A stretch of 54,654 nt of DNA, counting the filler, from Dimargaris cristalligena (lineage: Eukaryota), in assembly GCA_003614675.1 (NCBI GenBank). It is 2 parts of 2 records of this genome, joined end to end, with 100 filler letters (N's around TTAATTAATTAA, not from the genome) between each part and the next. Parts side by side here need not be neighbours in the genome. Positions count along the whole stretch, not along the records: positions 27,393 to 54,654 come from ML002521.1; 1 more part is not named here. One strand, 5' to 3'. Positions 27,293-38,097 of this stretch are shown here, in pieces. Made by a program: the position numbers and the translations under genes. Every line of letters begins with the position of its first letter. Position 1 is the stretch's first letter. The notes under the pieces were generated by a model that did not search any database, had not been told where the DNA came from, and saw nothing but the letters and a program-made list of their open reading frames with translations.

Positions 27293-27392
27293 NNNNNNNN
27301 NNNNNNNNNNNNNNNNNNNNNNNNNNNNNNNNNNNNTTAATTAATTAANNNNNNNNNNNNNNNNNNNNNNNNNNNNNNNNNNNNNNNNNNNN
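27293..27392. other. Artificial contig linker (44 N + TTAATTAATTAA + 44 N)
   Basis: Exactly 100 bp and symmetric. TTAATTAATTAA places stops in all six frames and is a standard contig-joining spacer. Confidence 0.95.
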
Positions 27393-29585
27393 ATATTGGA
27401 TGACTAAGCAGAGGGAAAGGGAAGGGAGTTCCCAGATAATAGTATTAACCATCACAAAGGATAGGTAATACTTGGGTAACTAATAAATTCAATATGAAAT
27501 AATAGAAGGGAAAAAAAGAAAGGGAGAAAGCTATTATTAGATATTCTTTGAACAGGGGTGCAGTTGGGCTAGGGGTAGTGTGAATGCAGGGGTATGGTCT
27601 GGTCAGGGGCAGGGGTGCATCACAGTCAAGGGTATAAACTATAATAATAGGAAAAACTATATAATAATGAAAATAGAGGGAAAATGACTATACTCATCAG
27701 GGGCAGGGGCTCATTCACTCGTCAGGGGCATATTTCCGATAAGTGCGAAAAATGGATTAAAAATAAAAGTAAGTAAAAAATGTGGTAAGTTCACCACAAC
27801 TCCTATTTACAGCCCTGTACCATGCTGCCGCAAATAATACACCACTATTTTCCTCACCAACCATACCATATACCATTGAGCTGATGGCCCAAGCAACCAG
27901 CTACCTACTCTTTTTCTAGACCACCCCCCTCCCCCCTTCATTGACTTCACTATCATAGCAATGCACTACTAGGTCCACCCACCATTGTTGGTAAAATATT
28001 AAAGCTCACTTATTTGCTCCAGGTTGGTTTAGGAGTAACAGGGGCTTCTATTAATGTTGGTACACATTGAAAGCAGTGTGTAGAATCTAGCAATGGCAAG
28101 TCAAGCCTAAGTACTGTAGGGTTTGGCATCAATACTCATGGGGTACACCTTTGGCTGCAGAAAGTTATATAATAATGATTGTTTTCTAGTTCATTATCAT
28201 CAGCAATTGTAGACCAGTTATTATTACAATATAGCCCAAAAGCCTACCTTGGCCAAACAAGGTGCCTTCATCAGACTATAGAGGTATTCAAGTACTCAAA
28301 TAGATATATTCTCAATTATTCACTATGGCAGATTTAAGTGATATTTGCCTAGACCCAATTGTTGGAAATATTATGGGTGTCAATAAAACTGGGCAAAAGG
28401 GAAGAAAGCAGCTAGAGGACAGTAGGCATCTTTAGGTAGTTAGTTTTATTGGGTAGTGTAGTCAATAGGGGACATTTTGGGTGATTAAAATGGGAGGACA
28501 TATGGTAATAAAATAAACTAATGTAATTGGCCAAAAAACAGGGGGGAATAATAGACCCTTTGGGATATAATTTTCAACAGCTAGCAGGTTAAACGATGAT
28601 TTGGGCTTGAAGATATTAAACAAAAGGGTGAGGGGCCCAAGAGTTCCTCGATTTTCACCCTTGGCTGAAAACTTACCATTTCCTAGCCCGTCGGAACAAC
28701 GGGGTGTATATATGCTAAGGAGGGCATTACATCGGCAAACTTCGAATTTGCCTCTTCTGGCCGTACTCGTTATTCGGATAACATAGTCAAATAACTATAT
28801 TCATAAGCGGGTAATTAGAAAAGGGGATGTAATTAAAAGGCAAATGATAAGATCAACGGGTACTTTTATTAATGATGCAATTTACATGGTATATATTTTG
28901 GCTGTGGCTGTATTCGATGCGTTTTCCGTTGATAATGGCGTCGTGACGGGCAAAGGAATCAACTAGTGAACGTACCTTTTTATATTCTTGCATTATACAG
29001 CATTTTACTCATAAAATAGCTATACTTTCTTATGCTGCGCGTTGGGGGGGGCTAAAATCCTGTGACTGCTGCACACTCCCTTCCGAAATATAAATTGCAT
29101 AATAACATTTGAATTCATTAGTAGCATATTTCACACAGTATCCGACAAAGCTCGTGTACTAGGGGGATGGGCCAAAATACGCAATAGTTTTATCGTCAAC
29201 GTGGATCCATGCTAAAATAACTATGGTGCCAATACAAAGTATTATTAATAGGATTTAAGCTAATCAGACTATATTAAATCGTGAAAATACGGCTATTTAT
29301 AGTATTGGCCCTGCAACTCACTCAAAAAATTAATAAAAGCTCCACCCGCCACCGTGTGGGTTTTCGGTGGATACTTGAAGGTTGTAAAATAATACCGGGG
29401 GCAACCGCCCGTGATTTAACGAACACACCAGTCATTTGGTTGATGGGCGAGTATGGCATTGGGACTGGTCCATTACTATCTTCCAGAATAAGGCTAGCGC
29501 CACCCAGCTTTTTAAATATGCCATTAAGCGTGCTTACACGAAAATTGATACCCCACAATATAACAATCCAAGAGCCATATGGTCA

Positions 29586-32330
29586 TCAAAGGGTTAGTAA
29601 CGCTCTACAAAAATTAAGGGCTCGCAACTGCCGAACTTCATTGGACATTTGGCGGATATTAAAAATGTTGAGGTTCGGCTGGCCATCCGTGTATTTCAAA
29701 GTCCCCGAATTAGTGTCCTGCGCATCTTCCTCCGTAGGTGATTCCACTCGGCTCTCTAGATTGGTCCTGGACCATGATGGACCACCGGAGGTGTCTTTAT
29801 CCTTTACCCACCGGGCCATTACTTGTGGCCATAGCAGCATCAGCCGTTGGCCGGTTTCATAAGTGTTGGTGTCCGGGGCAAATCGGACTATTAGTCGAAA
29901 GAGACTCTGGGCTAAGCGGCTCTGAAAAGTGTCCAGGATGAGCCAATAGGTATAGGCTAAATGAGGGCGTCCGAAACCCTTCTTGGCAATGGACCAGCTC
30001 GACAGTGAAGTAACCGGGATCGTATGCCCGAGGGCCGCCAACACGTTGTTTAAAGGAACCATATGCGATGTAAGATTGCCCATTATGTGGAGAAGATAAT
30101 GGTCAATCACGCTGGAGTGCCCCGGCAATGGGTCGTAAGCGGGTAGGGGAAGACGAATGGCTATACCAGACTTGAGGGAGGCTCGGTACTGGCGGGTAGT
30201 GGCCTCCAGGCTATACGTGTCCAAGGGAGTCAGTATCAGGGTATGCCCATCAATTCCTCCACCAGAGTCCGGCATATCAACGGAATTAGAGTTCGTCCGG
30301 TATTTCCCTATGCGGAGGCGTTTCTCACCATGAGACTGTCTGCCCGGAGCGATGGGTTGCAAGGCCTACCCCGATAAAAACAATAAATTTCCTTAATATT
30401 AGAGTTAGTAGCCGCCACAATACCCCACCCGAATGAATGCCTAATGCCATCAGGGGTTGAAAGTAATATACCTGGTACCCTTGTACTGGCATATTGACCG
30501 GGTTAGGGCACTCATGAACTAGACCTTTATAAATAAATCACTTACTGTAGCCCATTCGTGGCTGGGAACTAACAGGGAACCCCAAGGGGATCCTTTTTCC
30601 GCACCGAGGAGTTCGTCAAACATTTGCCGAATATCCGCTATGAAATTAGTACGAGAATATGGGAAGATGGTCTGATGTGACCGGAGCCACCGGTGAATAG
30701 CGAACCACCATGCCAATCGGTCGGAGCTTGCTCCCAATTGCGCCTGGTTAGGATACGGTTTGGCCCAGTGGTTGGCAGTGACGATACGGGAAATCACCCC
30801 AAAATAATTAGCCATCAGGTCTAACAGAGCGCGTAAGTCGTCACTTTCCCAGTGGCCTTCGGTGTAGCTTTCCAGTAAGCCGGTCAACGGGTCGGCGCTG
30901 GTCAGCAAATCGACAAAAAACCGGTAACTCGTACACTCCACTGTAAGGGTTCGTGTGGGCTCGGGCGACGTTGGGGGGATGTGAAGCCAGTGGTGTTGAG
31001 CACAAGGCAGGCGAATCCGAATTTGGGTGGGGGTGAAGGCCACTGCCGAAGAACGGGGTTTCCGTACGGCCGTCATTTTGGACAAAATATCCATAACCAC
31101 TAGTATGGCGCGGTACTCAAATGGGGTGGGGGCTAGGGCACCAATGGACTGGGGCATGGGTTCCGGTTTGGGATAGACCGGTAGGCAGCGGGAGTAGGCC
31201 AGTCGTGCGGCTTGGTAAACGATCCGTGGCATGGTGAAAAACGCCGTCAAGGGGTAACCAACTAGGATATATAATAAACTCCATCCGTCCAAGCGGTAGC
31301 CGTGACCAGTTACGGAGGCCATAAATTTACGGTAGCGCCCGTCATCATTAGCTAACATATCCGGTACGTTGGCATTGTCATTGGCATCATGGAGCTGAAA
31401 TTTGCGATCCGCATTGAGCTGGTCAAAGAACGTGATACAAATAGCCAAATAGGCCGGGGAGTCGAAACAAGTGGAGATGCGATACTGACCCAGTCGATTA
31501 TTAAAGGGTGAAACATGAAAAAGCCGGTCTGTGGTAAAGCTGCCCGTGGTACACGAGGTCCCCTTTGGTTTCTTCGAACCCTGAGCTGGAGGAGTTGATG
31601 AATCCACAGGAAGTTCGTGGATGTACAAGTGCTTTTCGCCAAAAGTATTATTTACTTCCAGGACAATAAATCGCAGAGTTTGCTGAATTTCTGGAGACGG
31701 GTTAGAGAGACGTAGGTCGCCGGCGAGAACGGAGCGGCGGTAGCAAAAGTGGAATGAAACCGGATTGAAGGCGTACCCCAGGAAACGCGGCGTAGTCACC
31801 AGCTCGGCGTGGTTAATGTCGTCGACGTTGGCGAACCCATGTTGCCGCAGCTGGTGGCGAAGCTTGACCAGGAAGGAAGAAGGCACGCCCATTGCTGAGG
31901 GTGGACTGGCTGAGTCTTTCGCCGACTCGGTAGGTCCTGGCCCCAGGTAATCGCGGTTCCAAACGGAAAATAGTGCCCGGTTATTGTATCGAAATACCGG
32001 GAGCGTACCCCACCCACTATGGCGAGTAGTGCATGGTTCCGCTATCCCCCCATCCATTTCCTCTGATGCCACCTTGAAGTAAAAGAGGGGGTATCGAAAT
32101 CTATGTTTGACGGGGAAGTAGCGCATGTGCTGTGTGTTCACCAAATAGATACCTGGCTTGGTCCGATCCAGTCCTTCGAGGGACACCAGTTCTCGAAACA
32201 GAAGGCTCCTTAACACAAGGTAAGTGGCCAAGATAAGTGCCACCGCCCCTAGGCCATACTGCCATGGAACATGGGTGAAGGTAAGGTGTCCAATTTTCGA
32301 TTGGAAAAGCATTTCCATAAGATAATTCAT
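29586..32330 (-). CDS. DUF1365-family protein with an N-terminal TM anchor, fused to a degenerate CFA-synthase-like region; exons 32330-30546 and 30365-29586 (~854 aa)
   Basis: DUF1365 motifs HMRYFPVKHRFRYP, FSVWNRDY, TTPRFLGYAFNPVSFHFCY, LEVNNTFGEKHLY, FHVSPF and PRIVYQAARL. These are followed by TLTVECTSYRFFVDLL..DPLTGLLESYTEGHWESDDLRALLDL, which resembles the CFA-synthase N-terminal domain. A phase-0 intron (GTAAGT...TACTAAC...TAG) joins the next ORF. Confidence 0.82.
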
Positions 32331-35300
32331 TCTCAAAAACAAAGTCGAGCTACTGTAATGTTGATAATGGAGGTCCGATAATGAATGCAAATGTCTTGTT
32401 GTCGAACTGCTATAAAGGACTAAAGCGACGATAGGGAATAATGGGGCGAAGGGTGGAGCTTACAGGACATACGGGCCAATCGGTCGAACAACGTATTGAA
32501 ATAGTAATGAAGGGGCGCAGACTTGGGTTTTGCGCGTGTTGCCATTGATTAGCCAGGGGACTGTCTAACACAATGGCGAATTGTTTTGGATGTAGTAGGT
32601 ATTAAGTATACTTATTTATCGAGCAGAAATAGATATAGCGGATCTCTAAGAGGGGATACCGCCCAATCGAATCGGGTTTGATTAGTTACGTTTTAGATAG
32701 ACACTAGCAACTCGGGGGGAGGACGGTGGACAGGACTATTGAAGAAGGGGTAGCGGAAGGAGAGGGCGACGACCTCCGCGCATTACTCCCAGTCATTTGA
32801 TTTCTGCAGTGACCACACTGAACATGCAGCGTAGCTGTGTGTATATGTGGTGCACGGAAAATCGAACAGTGAATCGGTAGCATATCGGGGGTCGCTGGAA
32901 CAGCGTACATGAAGACTCAGAAATCATGTCGATGTTTAATAGATGGTACCATTGTAACTCTTCGTCCGAATGATCGCCCTGGATGCAGTAACCACGTAAT
33001 GGTTCCTCTGCCAAATAGCGGATAAGTGGCGAACTGTGTATAGTGTCGTTAATAAGTATTCTGCCGTGAGAATTGCATTGACACAAGGGCCAACCCCCCC
33101 TTCTCAGCCGACAATATGACTATCGAAGGGATGGTGGAAGACAGCACCTATATTGACCCTAACTCTTCAATTAATCCTAAAATAGGTTTCGAAGCGTCTG
33201 GTTGAATATGCTGGATTGCATTGGTCTACCAGGGCATCTCAAGTTCGATATCGCTTTACAATGTAGTGATAGACGATACATTATCGTGTGTAGAGACGCT
33301 AACAGGTTCAGACACCGGCCCATCTCTAATACTTTCACAATTCCGCCAAGCCGTTGAATAAGTGATGGCTATATTCGCCGAGGCCCTGTATTGGCAGTGT
33401 GCAATAGCAGGTATAATCTGAAATGGGCAACTTCAGACTATATTGCGCCTAGATAATTACTATGCTAAAACTATAATTTATCATGCGAGTTCGGCTAATC
33501 GCTTAACGCGAGGGTTCGAGTTGTCAGCCTTGTGTGTGTGTGTAAGTAATATCAGGGCAGTATTATTGACCGGACACTTATAAATGCCCATTTTACATTA
33601 TATAGAGTAGCTGGAACCTCGACGATTCGTCGTGCAACGCTTCTAGTGCAGTTGGATATCATACTTGATACGCTATCGATGGATCACTATGTATAAAGTT
33701 ATGATTATTTCGTGAGTGAAGTAGGAGGTTATAATGGTGTTACCGATGGCAAGTAGCCAGGATAAGATTGAATACCTAAGGGGGTGAGCCGTGGACATCA
33801 AAAAATGTGGGAACTTGGGGATATTACCTTGATCTGCATGGGTATTTGAAATGGGAGTAGGTTATGTGTAGACTATCGGGCTTTATTCCAAGGGTCGTCA
33901 AAGCTGATTATTGGTACAAGCGATAGAAAGCGAAAAAAATGATATCCAGTAGTTAGCGATCAACTCCATTTCAGTGGCAAAAATTAGGGGGAGCTCCTAT
34001 CACATTCTTATAGACAAAGCCCCTTTAACGATTTTATAAACACTAGACACATTAAATACCACGCTGTTGGCAGATTGGCCTAGTCAATAGAGCTCAATAT
34101 ACATATATTCCCGTAAAATATAAACAGATGTCGTTTGATTGGCACACTGGCCTAGTGTCAATGGTGGTGGTAAAATCCCACCGAAGTACGATTTATCTAT
34201 TATTTTTTTGCTGAATACCATTATACAGTCTTTGATCGTTAGCATCAAACCCCAGGTTCTTAAAATCGGTTATAAGAATGATGACCGGGTTTTCCTAAAT
34301 CTGAGATATATTTGTAGTTTATTTGAGCTACTGGAACAAACATATTAACGTAGAATTCATCGTGGCTAGGTGCACCCTATTAGATAAGAGAAATTCCCCT
34401 GTCAAGTCGTAATTTGGTAAAATCCCGAACCAAACGGCAGCCCTATTGTGATTGATTTTATCTCAATGGTGTATGTACAATGCCAATGGTATGCCAAAGT
34501 GACCTGGAGAATATTGCAGTTGCAATACAGCCCCAGTGGCATGTAATATGCTATTAAGGCGATGTCAAGCAGCAGGAAAAGTACGGAAGAGATCGAAGAG
34601 GCCCTCAGCTAGTTATTGCCACTAATACAAGGAGGTATATTCCGATGTTCAACATGGGCACATGGTACTGTGGCCACTTGATACTCATCGAATCGGGAAC
34701 AAGGGTGATGTGTTAATCATGTAACGTCAAGTCCTCCTGGTTGCAATTTCTCGATTAGCGTAATGCGCCGTATGGCAACCGGAGGAGGCCGCCCCACCAC
34801 TCAGAGGTGAGATGTCCATCTCCCCCGTAGCACTCCTAACCCAAATGAGGGAGATCCCCAGGATTAAGATATGGTCCGTGTGACCCTCTCGCTGGAAGAG
34901 AAGACGTAATTACCCCAATAGCACAAGAACGACTCCTCACCTCCGAGGAATAAAACATACCGCCCTGGGCGGTCGACTATTGCCCGTTGTCTTTTGAAAT
35001 AATAATTCTTATTTCATATAATTCGATCTAGGTATTATTTAGGTATCTGCCCCCCCGGTACTTTAGTTATCTTTTTACAGTTATTCGGCCTCACTCGATT
35101 TGTTCAGTCACAGTAGGTACCGTAATGGGAGCATCACACCCATCATTTCTCTCGCGTTCCCCAATAATTATTATGTAGGCGTATTTAACAAGGCGGTTAA
35201 CTGCGCCAGTATAGCATGGGTGGTGTGTCAGCTTTCTGCGTCGTGGGTTCAATCGCAGTGCCTGGGCTTGAGCTACCATCGGCTGATTAGAAAAGCCCAG

Positions 35301-35408
35301 TCGACACACTGTACCTGTCGCCTGGCAGCTTCAGGGGGAAGACTGACGAGGATACTTTAACCACCTCATTTCCGAGTAGCATCCGATGCCAGACTTATCT
35401 ATAGGGGC

Positions 35409-35687
35409 TTATATAAATCCAGGCCAGCTCCTCGTTTTATTCCCGGTTCGCTATTAACTTGCGTTTGCTGTTTTTTCCCCCGATTGCGACATCATTAGTT
35501 CTTACTTGAGGTCTATTTAAAACGTACCATAATTTTTTGTGTTTTTCTTACTCGATACACCTCGACATTAGCGCACACGACGTACAAGTAAGTGTTAACT
35601 AATGAAGGGAATTGGACCGGCCGGTTCACTGACACCGATTAGGGTATTGTGGCCAATCTCCAGCAACATTTACTAACTTGCTATTAG
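35409..35687 (+). promoter_or_regulatory. TATA box (~35409-35418) and probable 5'-UTR intron (35588-35687) of the CFA-family methyltransferase gene
   Basis: TTATATAAAT; GTAAGT at 35588, TACTAAC at 35671-35677 and TAG at 35685-35687, all upstream of ATG 35719. Confidence 0.55.
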
Positions 35688-35718
35688 GTCCATCGGGGCC
35701 TATCATTTTGATACAGAT

Positions 35719-38097
35719 ATGAATCCATCCTCGTCAGCGGTTCCCAATTCGCTTCTTGCCCATATCGCCAACACCTTGCGGTCCGCCAAGGATTCGGCCT
35801 TAAAAGGGCTGTGGCCAGTTCTGATTGGTTTCTGTAAGTACTTGTCCCCGTCTCAGGGAATATATATCTCGATTTGTAGTATGGTCTCTTTCCCGAATTG
35901 GCAATATCCTCACCAGACAGATTGGTTGAGAACCACGATCTACCAAAGACCACAACGCCTGGTCCCCATATCCAAGCTTATTGATCAACTTTTTTAGGGG
36001 GGGGGGATAGTGTAGTAGGCATTGGGTTAGTTGGTCAAAGAGACCAGCTAGTCTGGAAAGTGGCTTATGCATCCGTCTTTTGAGGAAATTGCTCGAACAG
36101 TCGGCCCGCACTTACTATCATCCCATTCAAAGGAATCCATGAATAATTGACTATTGCCCAAATTCCGGCGTGCAATACGTTAGTTATTTATGGGTCATAC
36201 CTTTAGAGGCTCAATTCTCACCCGTCCTTTCCCAGTGCTATTGGGCTGCTCTGCAGTTCGCCGCATGGAGGTCTTTATTACCCATTCTGCCAACTACGCC
36301 TCATTATTACACCCTCTAATTAGTATTTTTATTGTGAGGTATTCGTTGTTCGATATAGGCAAAAGTAATGTGCTCGGCATTCTGGCGAAGATCCTCGTGG
36401 GTCAGTTGGAAATTGTGACCGATGAAGGCATCCACTCCTTTGGCAGTCCCAGTAGTAACCTTAAGCCAGTCAAGATCCGAGTACTAAGCGATACCTTCTG
36501 GGTTCGCCTTGTCTTGCGGTCCGACCTGGTATGTTGAGTTTTCTTTTTAAAAATTAGATGCAACTGACCAAAATGATGCTGATATTTCTCAATTCAATCC
36601 GTTTGGGTATGAATACGGCCTCCATCCGTTATGTATGCCTAACTAGCTGTTTTTGGCCGAGATTTTCTTACCAATTGCCTCGGTGTATTATTAGGGATTT
36701 TCCGAGGCGTACATGAAACGTGAAATCGAAGTCAGCGACCTGGTTGGGTTTATCAAGGTAAGTCAGCCAATAGAGACCGCCCCGCTTTCTAACTCACCGG
36801 TCGAAGACAGACCCGTAACCTTCTTTGTCAAATGGTTTAATATACAGCCGCATTTAATGTTTAGTCCTTCGCCTCTATCTCTAATATTTTTTTTCGACCC
36901 AGTTATTCCTTAATAACCGGGAATCTCTCAGCGATGGTAGTAACCAATACGCAATCGTATTCAACAGCCTCGATGTGTTGATGCACTCCCGCTTGGCCAA
37001 CACTATCAACAACGCCGTTAACAACATCAGCGCCCACTACGACCTGGGTAATGACATGTTTGCCGAGTTTCTGGACCCCACCATGACTTATTCGTCTGCC
37101 ATTTGGCGCAACCCTGAGGATTCGTTAGAAATGGCACAGATCAACAAATTAACCATGGTGATTGAAAAGGCCCGCATTGTAGAAGGCGACCATGTGTTAG
37201 AAATCGGTACCGGCTGGGGATCATTAGCCATTTTGGTAAGTACGAGCTATTATAATGTAGCGGATCATGCCATGCTATCTCCTCCCGAGGAAAACCGTCA
37301 TCGCCGATGTGTATTGTGTAAACTGCTTAAGAGTGGACAGGAAAGCTTGGTTGATTCAGTGAGACTATGCATTACTCTGAACCAATTCCTATCCACTTGA
37401 CCTGTAGGCAGTCCAGAGAACGGGTTGCCGAGTAACCAGCTTAACACTCAGTAGCGAACAGAAACAACTGGCCGAAGAACGAGTCGCCAAGGCCGGCTTC
37501 TCGGGCCGGATTACGGTTCTCTTGTGCGATTACCGGAATTTATCGCCCACCGAACACCAATTCGATAAGATTGTGTCCATTGAAATGATCGAGGCCGTGG
37601 GGGCCGATTTCATGCCCACCTACTTCAACTGCTGCCACCAACTGCTGCATCCGCACCACGGCGTGTTTGTGCTCCAGGGCATCACCATGCCCGAATCCCG
37701 CTATCCGCGGTACCGCAAGGGGGTTGATTTTATCCGCAAGTACATTTTCCCCGGCGGGGAATGTCCGACCGTTACTTCGTTGGTGGAAGCGGCCCAGGTG
37801 GGTTCGGACGGGGGCCACTTGGTCCTCGATCATTTGGAGAACTTCCCGTTGGATTACGCCCGCACTCTCCGTGAGTGGCGCCACCGGTTTCTCCAGAATT
37901 ACGACAGTCAGATTGCTTCGCATTCCCCGCTTAACGACCAAGGTGCACCCATCTACGACGGTGAATTCAAACGCAAGTGGGAGTACTACTTTGCCTATTG
38001 TGAGGGGGCGTATGCCACCCGTACATTGGGATTGGTCCAAATGGTTTTTACCCGGATGGCCAACGCTCGCCTATTGGACAGTCGTAGTGGCTACTAA
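35719..38097 (+). CDS. Cyclopropane-fatty-acyl-phospholipid synthase family SAM-dependent methyltransferase (CMAS domain); exons 35719-35833, 36359-36528, 36695-36757, 36903-37235, 37408-38097 (456 aa)
   Basis: SDL|GFSEAYM, NISAHYDLGNDMFAEFLDPTMTYSSA, SAM motif VLEIGTGWG, SLTLSSEQ, CDYR, FDKIVSIEMIEAVG, DFIRKYIFPGG, YARTLREW and KWEYYFAYCEGAY. Canonical splice sites give a continuous 1371-nt frame. Confidence 0.93.

Noticed and set aside
27337-27348. TTAATTAATTAA palindrome as a biological site
   Set aside because: It is centred in a symmetric N run and is a six-frame-stop assembly linker.
30472-30485. 14-nt micro-exon (CAG|TACAAGGGTACCAG|GTATAT) inside the DUF1365 intron
   Set aside because: Including it would shift the frame of the last exon, whereas the single phase-0 intron keeps the frame.
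32331-35400. Hidden FAD-dependent desaturase between the DUF1365 and methyltransferase genes
   Set aside because: No GxGxxG-type ORF or exon chain was found; the short ORFs here look non-coding.
35719-38097. Fungal sphingolipid C9-methyltransferase, or a bacterial contaminant cfa gene
   Set aside because: The motifs and N-terminal domain are of the long bacterial/plant CFA type with no multi-TM N-terminus, and four canonical introns exclude contamination. A phylogeny is still needed.
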